A DNA stretch of 64,000 nt from an uncultured Methylomirabilota bacterium (lineage in GTDB: Bacteria; Methylomirabilota; Methylomirabilia; Methylomirabilales; 2-02-FULL-66-22): NCBI GenBank assembly GCA_963705305.1, contig OY970067.1, positions 5,216,001 to 5,280,000 on the forward strand. The letters run 5' to 3'. Positions 40,237-49,868 of this stretch are shown here, piece after piece. The translations under genes and the position numbers were made by a program. Positions within the stretch are counted from its first letter, which is position 1, and each line of letters begins with the position of its first letter. The notes beneath the pieces were generated by a model, which worked only from the letters and a program-made list of their open reading frames with translations, was not told where the DNA came from and did not search any database.

Positions 40237-41652
40237 TTATCCCCTCCCGGCAGAGGCGGCGGCAGTCGTGAAGAGCTTGCGCTCTTTGATCAGCCGGACC
40301 GCTTCGGCCGGCACCAGAGGCTCCCAGGCCGGATCGCCGGCCTGTATCTGAGTCAAGACATCGCGAGGCCGCACGTGCAAGTGCTCCTCGGGAACGTTCT
40401 GGATCGGCTCGATCAGATGGTTGTCGAGAAGGTGGGAATACAGGTGACGCAACGAAGGCGCCACGTTCAGGTTCCAGACCGTCAGCGTGCTCCCCTCCGG
40501 ATTCCTGAACGGATAGACGTAGAGCGTGACGCGCGATGTGAAGAGGCGGCCGAATGCCTCCAGGACCCCGCCGGCGAGGTCGGAGTAGTATTCCGGCTCG
40601 AACAGCTCCTGCAAATTCGGAACGCCCATGGCGAATGCGATGGGCTGCGAGGTATAGCGGCGGAAATACTCGGCAGTCTGATAGTGGGCGGTGAAGTTCG
40701 AGATCATGACGCTTTTGCCCAGCGATCCCAGGATATCCGTCCGCGCCAGAAAATCGCCATGATCGATCGGTCCATCCGAGAGCAGGTTGCGCTGGGACAT
40801 CTCCGCGAGAACCACCGGGGCCTCGCCGCCTTCCCCCAGCTCCGCCAGGAATTGGGCTGTCGATCGGTCCAGAATGTCCAGGGTCAGGCGGGTGATCGGC
40901 CGAAAGCTGCCCCGCTCGATCAGCACCGGCTTCTTGTGGAGCACCTCGGCCGGCTGGACGACCTCCCCCCCGGCGGTGAACATGGCGGCGTCGGTAAAAT
41001 CCTGCTCGACGAGCTGCAGGCTCATGATGCGGTTGTCGATCTCGGCGAACAGCGGGCCGGAGAACTTGATCATATCGATCTCGACTCGCTCGCGGGTCAG
41101 ATTGTCCATGAGCGACCGGATCAATTCGACCGGCTCCTCGTGATGGTAGAGGATGCCATACAAGAGATTGACGCCCAGCACCCCGAGCGCTTCCTGCTCG
41201 CGGACATTTTCCAGGTCCAGTATGCGAGCGTGGATGATGATCTCGGAGGGCTCGGTCTGCGGGCGGGGCTGGAACCGGATGCCCATCCAGCCGTGGCCGT
41301 CCTCGCGGCGGGCATAACTGCGCGCCGCCACGGTATCCGCAAAGACGAAGAAGCGGGTCGTCGCGCCGCGCTTCTCGCTGAGCCGCTCGAGGAGGAGCGC
41401 GTACTCGTAATCCAGCATGACCCCCAGTCGCTGCCGGCTCACATACCTGTCGCTGGGGCCGTAGATGGCGTCGCTGACCGCCATGTCATAGGCAGAGATG
41501 GTCTTGGCCACGGTCGCCGCGGCCCCACCGACGTGAAAAAACCAGCGGGCCACTTCCTGCCCGGCGCCGATCTCCGCAAATGTTCCGTGAACCCCCGAGT
41601 CGAGATTGATCCGGCGCGCCTTGTAGTACGTGCTCGGAGTATTGATGTCCAC
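40237..41652 (-). CDS. Conserved cytoplasmic protein with a degenerate nucleotidyltransferase-like C-terminal domain
   Basis: GTFAEIGAGQEVARWFF, SAYDM, HGWMGIRFQ, ERGSFRP, LYVYP; no signal peptide. Confidence 0.75.
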   Translation of the reverse strand: MDINTPSTYYKARRINLDSGVHGTFAEIGAGQEVARWFFHVGGAAATVAKTISAYDMAVSDAIYGPSDRYVSRQRLGVMLDYEYALLLERLSEKRGATTRFFVFADTVAARSYARREDGHGWMGIRFQPRPQTEPSEIIIHARILDLENVREQEALGVLGVNLLYGILYHHEEPVELIRSLMDNLTRERVEIDMIKFSGPLFAEIDNRIMSLQLVEQDFTDAAMFTAGGEVVQPAEVLHKKPVLIERGSFRPITRLTLDILDRSTAQFLAELGEGGEAPVVLAEMSQRNLLSDGPIDHGDFLARTDILGSLGKSVMISNFTAHYQTAEYFRRYTSQPIAFAMGVPNLQELFEPEYYSDLAGGVLEAFGRLFTSRVTLYVYPFRNPEGSTLTVWNLNVAPSLRHLYSHLLDNHLIEPIQNVPEEHLHVRPRDVLTQIQAGDPAWEPLVPAEAVRLIKERKLFTTAAASAGRG

Positions 41653-41706
41653 GGCCGGCTTGCCTCCGCGCGGGGGAGACCGGGCTCGCCGCATGCGGCG
41701 TGCCGC

Positions 41707-41954
41707 TCATTTCAGCGTCTTCAAGTACGCGAGCAGATCGTTCAGGTCCTGCGCCGACATCTGCCAGCGGGGCATGGTCCAGTCCAGAGACTCCCCGGCC
41801 GGGTCCACCCCCTGGGTGATGGCCCGCTTGATGGTGGCGTCGGTGGAGGCAGGACGATCCATATGCGCCTCCACCGTGGTCAGCGCTTTATACCGGATGC
41901 CGGGGGGACCACCGTCCCCATGTTGGAGCAGAACTGCTGCGGCGCGTTCCCCTC
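41707..41954 (-). pseudogene. Cytochrome c domain remnant lacking CxxCH, with a frameshift
   Basis: QQFCSN-MGTVVPP / IRYKALT...IKRAITQGVDPAGESLDWTMPRWQMSAQDLNDLLAYLKTL*. Confidence 0.65.
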
Positions 41955-42710
41955 CTAGGGTCCGTAACCGCCCATCATGCCGCCCGGCCCGTATCCGTAA
42001 CCCGGACCGTAGCCGCCCATCATCCCACCGTACGGCCCAGAGGCACCCGGCCCGAACTGACCGTGCGGGCTCGGGCCCCCATACGGCCCGAACGATCCAT
42101 GCGGTGGGGCCATGGATTCAAATCTCTGCCATTGCTCCTGGCTGAGCACCGCCTTCCCCGCTTCCAGCGTCTTGATGCGGGCCAGCCGCAGGTCCCCCTC
42201 CAACGCCGCAATCTTCCGTACCTGGGCTTCGACTGCGGCCATGTCGGGCGCGCTCAACGTCAGGAGCTGGGAGAGATCTATCTCGGCAATGCGAAGCTCG
42301 CCCGTGCGCCGAATCGCCCCCTTTTCGTACTCCGCCCGGAGCGTCTCCAGGCGCTGCACCTGCTGGGCCGTGAGACCGAGCTGGCTTTTCATCGCGAGCA
42401 TCTCACTGATGAGCGGCCGCTCGAAGAGCGGCGTCTCGGCGCCACCTTGCCATCCCCCCATCCCGTAGCCGCGGGGCCCCTGGGCGCCTCTCGGTCCAAT
42501 CGGCTGCCCGCCCTGCGGGCCCATTGCCCCGGGCGAGACCCCCGGGCTGCCCGGGAAACCCTGACCGCCCATCCCGCTTCCCGGCCCCATCATGCCCTGG
42601 CCTGCCGGTCCCATCGGCTGCTGCGCCGCCGCCTCGTGCTGGGCCCACGCCCACGCGCCCAGCAGGAGGGCAGCCCCCGCCAGCACCACCACCGCCGCTC
42701 TTGTTCTCAT
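41955..42710 (-). CDS. Periplasmic Spy/CpxP (LTXXQ) family protein with Gly/Met/Pro-rich linkers
   Basis: Signal peptide AWA; LGLTAQQ; VLSQEQW; GMMG repeats. Confidence 0.82.
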   Translation of the reverse strand: MRTRAAVVVLAGAALLLGAWAWAQHEAAAQQPMGPAGQGMMGPGSGMGGQGFPGSPGVSPGAMGPQGGQPIGPRGAQGPRGYGMGGWQGGAETPLFERPLISEMLAMKSQLGLTAQQVQRLETLRAEYEKGAIRRTGELRIAEIDLSQLLTLSAPDMAAVEAQVRKIAALEGDLRLARIKTLEAGKAVLSQEQWQRFESMAPPHGSFGPYGGPSPHGQFGPGASGPYGGMMGGYGPGYGYGPGGMMGGYGP

Positions 42711-42908
42711 GTACGCTGCTCCTCACACAGGCTCGAGACGTTCATGCTTTCATCGCGCCGTGGACGTTCCGCCCTACGGATCATGCCGCCGATGGGGGAG
42801 TGCGCCCGCGGAGACGAGATGCCCGCGGTCGACGGAGAGATTGTATGCGGCTAGGATCATGCAGGCAAGCGGCGGGCTGGGGGGCACGAGGCGATTCGGA
42901 AGTCGCCG

Positions 42909-43172
42909 CCGGTCCGTGGTCAAGGCCATGAGGGCCGGCTGCGCCATCCCGAACCCGATGCCAAACACGGCCGCACCCGCCAGCGGACGGAGGAGCATGG
43001 ACATGAAGGCAAAGTAGCCGATGATGAGGCCGATCTGGGTCGAGGTGCCTTCCAGGTCGGCCACGTAGAGCGGCATGACCGGCAGGATCAGATAGAAGCT
43101 GAGATAGAAGAAGCCGGTGGCCAGGCACACCAGAACAAAGGCCCGCGTCAGAAGCGGGCCGCCGCCTGGCAC
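42909..43172 (-). pseudogene. MFS transporter remnant with a large internal deletion
   Basis: TM1-2 (FYLILPVMPLYV...LLRPLAG) joined directly to a late helix (AAVFGIGFGMAQPALMALTTDR). Confidence 0.7.
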
Positions 43173-43203
43173 CTTCGGGCGGTGGGAGACGGGGGGCGGC
43201 AGA

Positions 43204-44223
43204 TCACCGCTCCTGACCTGAAACGGCCCTGCAACCGGAGCGAAGCACTTCCGGGTTGAGGAGGTATTGGGGGTCCGGACCCTGGCCACGGGTGAACTCC
43301 AGGATGGAGTCCACACACCGGGAGGCGACGTTGCGCTCCGAGGTGAGATTCGTGCCGGCGCAGTGCGGGCTCAGCAGGACATTGTCCAACTGCAGGAGCG
43401 GCGACCCGGCCGGAGGCTCCTGCCTGAAAACGTCCAGCGCGGCCCCGGCCAACCGCCCCGCGGTCAGGGCCCGATAGAGCGCCTCCTCGTCCACCAGGCC
43501 CCCGCGCGCCGTATTGACCAGGTAGGCGGTCGGCTTCATGAGGGCCAAGCGCTCCTCGCTCATCAGACGGTCGGTCTCGGGCGTGTGGGGCGCATGCAGG
43601 GAGACCACGTCGGCCTCCCGCAGCAGCATTTCCAGGGAAACCAGCTCCACGCCGTGCCGGCGCACAAACTCAACATCTGGCTGGACTTCATGAGCCAGGA
43701 TCCGCATCTCGAATCCCAGGCATCGCCGCGCCATGGCCTTGCCGGTCCGGCCCAGGCCGATGATGCCTACGGTGGCGCGCCACAGCCCCGGATGAGGCTG
43801 CTGCCCCCAGCCCCCGCCCTTGATCCGCTGGTGGTGCGGCAGGGTCTTGCCCATGATCGCGGCCATCAGGGTGAAGGCGGTGTCGGCTACGGCCTCGTGA
43901 TTGGCCCCGAAGGCCATGGCGATCGCCACGCCGTGCCGCGTCGCGGCCGGCACGTCGATCTTGTCGTAGCCCACGCCGAAGCGGGCCACGATGCGAAGCT
44001 CCGTCGCGGCCTGGAGGACCCGCTCGGTGTACGGCTCGACCCCCGCCACCGTCGCGAAAATCCCGGGCACCAGCCCGATCATCTCGTCTTCCGTCGGATA
44101 GCGCTTGTGGGGGTTGCGGACAATGTCGAATCCGGCCTCCTCCAGGCGACGGAAAAACGGGACCCCGCGCTCGCCGAGGTGATGGAGGGCGATGAAGATC
44201 TTTCGCTTCGCCGGATTGCTCAT
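43204..44223 (-). CDS. D-isomer-specific 2-hydroxyacid dehydrogenase (phosphoglycerate dehydrogenase-like)
   Basis: RFGVGYD, GIIGLGRTG, NTARGGLVDE, LDVFRQEP, SPHCAG. Confidence 0.93.
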   Translation of the reverse strand: MSNPAKRKIFIALHHLGERGVPFFRRLEEAGFDIVRNPHKRYPTEDEMIGLVPGIFATVAGVEPYTERVLQAATELRIVARFGVGYDKIDVPAATRHGVAIAMAFGANHEAVADTAFTLMAAIMGKTLPHHQRIKGGGWGQQPHPGLWRATVGIIGLGRTGKAMARRCLGFEMRILAHEVQPDVEFVRRHGVELVSLEMLLREADVVSLHAPHTPETDRLMSEERLALMKPTAYLVNTARGGLVDEEALYRALTAGRLAGAALDVFRQEPPAGSPLLQLDNVLLSPHCAGTNLTSERNVASRCVDSILEFTRGQGPDPQYLLNPEVLRSGCRAVSGQER

Positions 44224-44341
44224 GCGCCTTCTCCTTGGTTCGCACCCGTTCCGCCCGCCGGTTGCCCGATGAATCGCCTTCCGCGGCCGTTCGCGATCAG
44301 GCAGAGGTCACGGTCCATCGGGGGGGCGCTCGATGCCGCGA

Positions 44342-45592
44342 TCAGTCCAGCAGGTCGCCCCGCTCCGTGAAGCGAAACTCGTGCGGGCCGTCCAGGACCT
44401 GCAGATCGACGCGCCCCTGCATCTCGGGGAGCAAGGCCTCCGAGGCCTGCAGGTACTCCAGATCCAGGGTGTTCCGAATCCGTGCTACCTTGGCGGCCGG
44501 CGGCTCCGTGAGACCGATGGTCTTGAGCGCCCCCTCGAGGGCCTCCCGGTCGGTCTCGAAGATGATGGGCATCTTGCTCCGCATGGGGGAGAGCCCGGTC
44601 AGGGCGTTGGTGTAAGTGTACTGGAAATTGATCTTGTCGGCCAAGCGCCTGGTGGAGAAGTCGGCCAGCCCCATCCCCACGGCGTTGCCCGCCGCCTTCT
44701 CGGACAGGTCCCGCACCAGGATGCGGATGTAGCGGGGGCTCTTGGGCTCTTCGTTGGGGAAGAAATACATCCGGCCGATGACGCTGGGGTCCATGCCGGT
44801 CCCGCTGATCTCTTTCCCGATCTCGTCCACGATCAGGAGGTGCAGGAAATCGAAGGGGATTCGCCCCAGCAGGCTCCAGGCCTCCTGGAGCAACTGGGTC
44901 TCGGTCTCCTCCAGCGCCTCCGGCAGCACGGCGGCGACCTTGGCGGTCTGGTGGCGCACATTCTCCACCGTGCCGAGGCCGAACAAAACGGGGAGCTTCT
45001 GCAGGGAGTAGCGGGCCACCTCGGGCACCATGCGATCCAGGCCGATGTCCACCGCGGCGCGGTGGGCCAGGAGCGCCCCCTGATGCTTTCCCAGCCCGAT
45101 CACCAGCATCTTCATCAGGCCGCTCTCGACGTGGCCGCGGAAATTGGTGTGGGGCTTCACGCGGTTCACCAGGACGATGTGGTCGGCCTCGGACGCGTGG
45201 CGGTCTACCAGCACGGGGAGGCCCCAGGGCATCCGGCCGATCTCCACCGTCTCCATCGAGGAATGGATGGGCACTCCCATGGCCTCGGGTGTGACGCCGT
45301 AGCGGGCCAGAACCTTGAGCTGGCCCTCGGCGGTGGCCCCGCCATGGCTCCCCATGGCGGGGACGATGAAGGGACGGGCCCCCAGCTCCTTGAGGCAATC
45401 GCACGTCGTACGCAGGATGAGGGCAATGTTGGCCACCCCCCGGCTTCCCCCGGTGACGGCGACCCGCCCTGCGGGCTTCAGCCGCCGGCCCAGGTCGAGG
45501 CGCAAGATTTCGGCCCGCACCGCCGAGGCCACATCCTCGACGACAGGCGGGTTCTGGACTTGCCGGATGCGGTACATCTTGGGGAGGATCAT
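44342..45592 (-). CDS. LarA (lactate racemase) superfamily / DUF2088 protein, copy 2
   Basis: GSRGVAN, PAMGSHGGATAEGQ, NRVKPHT, ESGLMKM, GLGKHQGA, GKEISG. Confidence 0.82.
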   Translation of the reverse strand: MILPKMYRIRQVQNPPVVEDVASAVRAEILRLDLGRRLKPAGRVAVTGGSRGVANIALILRTTCDCLKELGARPFIVPAMGSHGGATAEGQLKVLARYGVTPEAMGVPIHSSMETVEIGRMPWGLPVLVDRHASEADHIVLVNRVKPHTNFRGHVESGLMKMLVIGLGKHQGALLAHRAAVDIGLDRMVPEVARYSLQKLPVLFGLGTVENVRHQTAKVAAVLPEALEETETQLLQEAWSLLGRIPFDFLHLLIVDEIGKEISGTGMDPSVIGRMYFFPNEEPKSPRYIRILVRDLSEKAAGNAVGMGLADFSTRRLADKINFQYTYTNALTGLSPMRSKMPIIFETDREALEGALKTIGLTEPPAAKVARIRNTLDLEYLQASEALLPEMQGRVDLQVLDGPHEFRFTERGDLLD

Positions 45593-45604
45593 GAGCGCTC
45601 CCGC

Positions 45605-45694
45605 GCAGTGCTGAGGTTCACAGTTCGAGGTGCTGCGGTTGACAGTGCTGCGGTTCGCACAACGTCGAACCTCGAACCGCAGCACTGCAGCACC
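45605..45694. repeat. Short-period palindromic intergenic repeat
   Basis: Three GTGCTG(A/C)GGTT variants followed by the inverted GAACCGCAGCACTG. Confidence 0.65.
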
Positions 45695-45702
45695 TTCTTC
45701 GC

Positions 45703-46221
45703 CTACTTCTCCAGTGCCTTCACCAGCTCGCGACAGAAGGCCGGCAGGTCGCCAGGCATGCGCGAGGTGATCAGGTTCCCGTCAACCACGACCTCCTGAT
45801 CCACGTACTTGGCGCCGGCGTTGATCACGTCGTCCTTGATGGAGAAGAAGCAGGTGGCCGTCTTGCCCTTCAGGATTCCCGCCGAGGCCGGGACCCAGCC
45901 CGCATGGCAGATGGCGGCCACGGGCTTGCCCTGCTCGAAGCAGCCCTTCACCAGGTCCAGGATGGCCTTGTGCCGCCGCATCATGTCCGGCGCATACCCG
46001 CCGGGAATCACCACCCCGTCGAAGTCCTTGGCCGAGACGTCGGTGGCGGCCACATCAGCGTTCACCGGATAGTGGTTCTTGCTCTCATAGGTCTTCTTCT
46101 CGGGGGCCACGATCTTCACATCCGCCCCCTCCTCCTTCAGCCGGTAGTACGGCACCCAAAGCTCCATCTCCTGATACATGTTCTCCGCCAGCACGGCGAC
46201 CTTCTTCCCCTTCAAGCGCAT
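45703..46221 (-). CDS. PfpI/DJ-1 family protein (type 1 glutamine amidotransferase-like)
   Basis: YQEMEL, IPGGYAPD, AAICHAG, ITSRMPGDLPAF. Confidence 0.93.
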   Translation of the reverse strand: MRLKGKKVAVLAENMYQEMELWVPYYRLKEEGADVKIVAPEKKTYESKNHYPVNADVAATDVSAKDFDGVVIPGGYAPDMMRRHKAILDLVKGCFEQGKPVAAICHAGWVPASAGILKGKTATCFFSIKDDVINAGAKYVDQEVVVDGNLITSRMPGDLPAFCRELVKALEK

Positions 46222-46299
46222 CTCGCATTCCTCCTTACATGTGGCGGACCATCACAGGTCCGAGTTATCGCGACTGACGCTCGATCAACCGCACCCTTT

Positions 46300-46490
46300 T
46301 CTTCACCCCGGTTCATCCAATGGCGCGGGAGCCGCCCCTCCGGGACGGCTGCCGCGTTCTCTGCGGTCTTGACTCTCGCCCGTGGAGCATCTTCTCCGTG
46401 CAGGAGGCATAGTGCGGCGTCAAGAGGATGTTGTCCAGCGTTAAGTAAGACGGAATCGGCCGGAACCCCCGGCTCGACGCGTCCGAAAAA
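46300..46490 (-). pseudogene. Frameshifted C-terminal remnant of a second 2-hydroxyacid dehydrogenase
   Basis: EPGVPADSVL / LTLDNILLTPHYASCTE / KTAENAAAVPEGRLPRHWMN across two frames. Confidence 0.65.
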
Positions 46491-46521
46491 CAGGCGGGCG
46501 TCCGCGTCGACCGCCCCGATC

Positions 46522-47316
46522 CTACGGCTTCCGGCGGCTGCGGGTCCGCCCGACCGCACGCAGCTCGGACAGCACCTGTCGGCTGCGCTCCATCACGATG
46601 AAGAAGTCGGCGCTGTAAATGAGGAACCGCATGCCCCGGCCAAGCCACGCGCGTCCGTCGGCCACCGTGGTGACGAAATGGCCCGGTGTGACGCCGTGCC
46701 GCGCGCACCCCTTGAGGAACGCGTCGATGGCCCCCGCCATCCTGGGATGGTTCACCTCGCCCGGAATCCCCAGGGAGGTGGACAGGTCGTAGGGCCCGAT
46801 CAGGGCCACGTCCAGGCCGGGAGCGGACAGGATTTCGTCCATGTGGTCGAGGCCCGCCTGTGTCTCGATCTGCATGATCAGGAGGGTCTCGGCGTTCGCC
46901 TGGCGCATGAACCGTCGGCCGTCGACCGGCCGGTAATCGGTCAGGGCGTTTCCCAGGATCACCCCCCGGTCACCCGCCGGCGGGTACTTGGTGTATCGGA
47001 TGATGGCCTCGGCCTGCGCCCGGCTCTCCACGCGAGGGATCATCAGTCCCAGCGCCCCGGCATCCAGCGGACGGCTGAGGAAGGACCGCTGCGTATCCGG
47101 CACGCGGACCAGGGCGGGGAGCCCGATGCACGAGGAAACGTGGAGCAGCGCGGCCACCGTCTCCATGCCGAAGCTGGCATGCTCGGTGTCGATCAGGATG
47201 TAATCCCAGCCGGCCTCCTTCAAGGCCCGCGGGGCCGCCGGGGAGCCGAACTCGAAGACGAAGGTCCCCCAGACCGCCTCGCCTCGCCGCAGCTTGGTCT
47301 TGAGTGGGTTTCGAAT
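46522..47316 (-). CDS. HpcH/HpaI class II aldolase; apparent ATT start codon
   Basis: IDTEH, LVRVP, LDAGALG, GDRG, QIET, IGPYDLS; frame extends to GGAGGA-N6-ATT-RNPLKTKLRRGE. Confidence 0.85.
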   Translation of the reverse strand: MRNPLKTKLRRGEAVWGTFVFEFGSPAAPRALKEAGWDYILIDTEHASFGMETVAALLHVSSCIGLPALVRVPDTQRSFLSRPLDAGALGLMIPRVESRAQAEAIIRYTKYPPAGDRGVILGNALTDYRPVDGRRFMRQANAETLLIMQIETQAGLDHMDEILSAPGLDVALIGPYDLSTSLGIPGEVNHPRMAGAIDAFLKGCARHGVTPGHFVTTVADGRAWLGRGMRFLIYSADFFIVMERSRQVLSELRAVGRTRSRRKP

Positions 47317-47349
47317 GGCACGTCCTCCCGGCGCAACACCCGCGTGTCG

Positions 47350-47679
47350 CTACTTGTAGTCCTCGCGGAGCGGATAGAAGATGTCCAGGGCCGAGGCGCC
47401 CCCCTCCAGGGCCCGCACTGCGTGGGCGACCCCTCCTGGAATCATCCAGCCCTGGCCCTGGTGAACGATCCGCGTCTCCCCTCCGATCGTGAACTCCATG
47501 CTCCCCTCCAGGCAGATGCCCCCTTGCTCGTGCGGGTGGCTGTGCGAGGGGATCACGCCGCCGGGCTGGATCCTTACGAAGGAGAGCATGATCCGCTCTC
47601 CGCAGGCCACCCGGATGCGGCTGCCCGGTGCGATCTCTTTGCCCGGAAGCCCCTCAGGGTCGATGAAGAATCCATCCAT
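47350..47679 (-). CDS. Cupin domain protein
   Basis: PSHSHPHEQ, IPGGVAH, LDIFYPLREDY. Confidence 0.92.
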   Translation of the reverse strand: MDGFFIDPEGLPGKEIAPGSRIRVACGERIMLSFVRIQPGGVIPSHSHPHEQGGICLEGSMEFTIGGETRIVHQGQGWMIPGGVAHAVRALEGGASALDIFYPLREDYK

Positions 47680-47804
47680 GGCGCCCCCTCCTCCGGCGGT
47701 GACATGTCGGCAGTGTGATCCGCCGGCAACTCCGAACCCGGTGCCCGCGCGGCCCCCATCTTCCGGGGCTCGGGCCGCCTTGGGCCCGGTCCGGCCGGCG
47801 CCGG

Positions 47805-49049
47805 TCAGAACGGCAGAAGGTTCCCCGTACCGTCGAAGGCCAGCGGCGCCGGATCGGTGGCCTGGCTCACCCGGCGATTCCCCTTCACCTCGGAAAGCAG
47901 GGCTTCCGAGACATCGATCTCCGTCAGGTGCAGCGTATTCTTGATGCGGACGACGCGCGCCTGCTCCGGCGGGGTGAGGCCGATCATGCCCAGCCCGACC
48001 TGGATGGCCTCCCGGTCCGTCTCGAAGGTCATGGGGACGCGGGCCGCCTCGAACACGCCCGACGTGATGGAATTCATGTACATGGCCGGATAGTTGATCT
48101 TCTGGACCAAACGGCGCGTGGTCATGTCGGCGAAACCGATGCCGATGGCATTCCCCTCACTCTCCGGCCGAAGATCGCGGACGAAGAGCACGCGGACGTG
48201 GGGCTTCCCCGCCGGCTTTTGCACCGAGGCGCGCCCGATCACATTCGGATCCATGCCCGCCCCGCTGATGTTCTTGCCGATCTCGTCCACGATGAGGAGA
48301 TCCAGCTTTTCGAAGGGCAGCCGCGCCATCCAGGCCTTGGCCTCTTTGAGCAATGCTTTCTCTTCGGCCTCGAAGTCCTTGGGGAGCAGCGCCTGTACCT
48401 TGGCGGTCTGCTCGTACCCGTTCTCGACGGTCGCCAGGCCGAACAGGACGTGGCCCGATTGCAGAACCGCCTTTCCTACCGTGGGGAAGACTTCAGCGTA
48501 GCTGTAGTGGTGCCCCGCGCGATGGTAGTTCTCGGCGCCGTGCTGCTTGCCCAGCCCGATGGCCATCATTTTGAAGAGCCCGCTCTCGATGTCGCTGTCG
48601 AAGTCGGTGTGGGCCTTGACGCGGGCCACCACCGCGATGTGATCCGCCCCCCAAGCATTCTTGTCGCAAAAGACCGTGGTGCCCTTGACCTTGCCGATCT
48701 CCACGACCTCCATGCTGGACTTGATGGGACAGCCCATGGCCGCCTCGGTGATCCCGTAGTGCTCCAGGATCTTCTTCTGCCCCTCGGCCGTGGCCTCCCC
48801 GTGGCTTCCCATGGTCGGGACGATGAAGGGGGACAGCTTCAGCGCCTTGAGCTCATCGACCACCGCCTTGGTGATCCGGTCGATGTTCGCCACCCCCCGG
48901 CTCCCGGCGGTGATGGCCACCGTCTGGCTGGGCTTGACCCGATCGTGGAGCCGGAGCCCCCGGATGCTCTCGCGCACCGCCCCCGGGATGTCCTGGAGCA
49001 TCGGCCCTTCCAGCTGCTGCTTGATCCGACAGATCCGTGGGAACGTCAT
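47805..49049 (-). CDS. LarA superfamily / DUF2088 protein, copy 1
   Basis: AGSRGVAN, MGSHGEATAEGQ, RVKAHTDF, ESGLFKM, GLGKQHGA, GKNISG. Confidence 0.82.
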   Translation of the reverse strand: MTFPRICRIKQQLEGPMLQDIPGAVRESIRGLRLHDRVKPSQTVAITAGSRGVANIDRITKAVVDELKALKLSPFIVPTMGSHGEATAEGQKKILEHYGITEAAMGCPIKSSMEVVEIGKVKGTTVFCDKNAWGADHIAVVARVKAHTDFDSDIESGLFKMMAIGLGKQHGAENYHRAGHHYSYAEVFPTVGKAVLQSGHVLFGLATVENGYEQTAKVQALLPKDFEAEEKALLKEAKAWMARLPFEKLDLLIVDEIGKNISGAGMDPNVIGRASVQKPAGKPHVRVLFVRDLRPESEGNAIGIGFADMTTRRLVQKINYPAMYMNSITSGVFEAARVPMTFETDREAIQVGLGMIGLTPPEQARVVRIKNTLHLTEIDVSEALLSEVKGNRRVSQATDPAPLAFDGTGNLLPF

Positions 49050-49828
49050 GATGGACCTCCTGATATGCGATCCCCGGTAAGGGGACCGCCTTCCGTGAAG
49101 CCAAACGCCTCCGCAAGTCGCGCCCGGACGCGTCCACGGACGGCCGGCATGGAGGCCGGCCCTCCCAGCAGGGCCTCCATGGAAATCATGACCTCCGGCT
49201 CCTCGCCGCACGGCCGGATGACCCGGAAGCCGGCGAGATCCGTCGAGACATTCAGCGCGAACCCGTGAAACGTGACCCAGCGGCGCAGCGAGATCCCCAA
49301 CGAGGCGATCTTCCGCCCGCCGACCCAGACCCCCGCCTTGCCGGGCACGGCCCGCGCCCGCACGCCGAAATCCGCCAGGGCCGCGATAAGGGCCACCTCG
49401 ATCCCTCGGCAGAACCGAAGCACGTCCCGGCCATGCTGTCGGAGATCGAAGATCGGGTAGCCCACCAGCTGGCCGGGCGCGTGATAGGTGGCGTCACCGC
49501 CACGGGTGACCTCGAAGAACTGGACGCCCCGCCGGCGCAGCTCGTCCGGTGTCAGCCGCAGGTTGTCACCCTTCTTGCCGCGGCCCAGCGTCACGACCGG
49601 CGGGTGCTCCACCAGGATGAGGGTGTCGGGCGCCGATCCCGCCAGCCGGCGTCGCACCAGCTCTTCCTGCCGGTGCAGCGTCTCGGCATAGGGTTCGAGG
49701 CCCAGCTCCACCACCTGCCAGCCGCTTCCAGCCCTCGGGCCGAGGCCCGCGGCCCTTTCCCGCGATTCCGCCGTCGATCCGATCGTGAGCAGCCCCTTCC
49801 GTCCTTCGCCTTCCGCGGATGACTCCAA
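49046..49828 (-). CDS. lipB: Octanoyltransferase (start uncertain)
   Basis: VEHPPVVTLG, RGGDATYHAPGQLVGYPI, KIASLG, FHGFALNV. Confidence 0.92.
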   Translation of the reverse strand: MESSAEGEGRKGLLTIGSTAESRERAAGLGPRAGSGWQVVELGLEPYAETLHRQEELVRRRLAGSAPDTLILVEHPPVVTLGRGKKGDNLRLTPDELRRRGVQFFEVTRGGDATYHAPGQLVGYPIFDLRQHGRDVLRFCRGIEVALIAALADFGVRARAVPGKAGVWVGGRKIASLGISLRRWVTFHGFALNVSTDLAGFRVIRPCGEEPEVMISMEALLGGPASMPAVRGRVRARLAEAFGFTEGGPLTGDRISGGPS

Positions 49829-49868
49829 TATCCGCGCTTGCCTCTCACTAGCCCCAGAGCGCCATTGG

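Noticed and set aside
3887..41957. Pyrrolysine read-through of the two in-frame TAG codons (HNH gene and Spy-cytochrome relic)
   Set aside because: Both loci carry additional lesions, many normal genes here end in TAG, and no pyl genes are in the window
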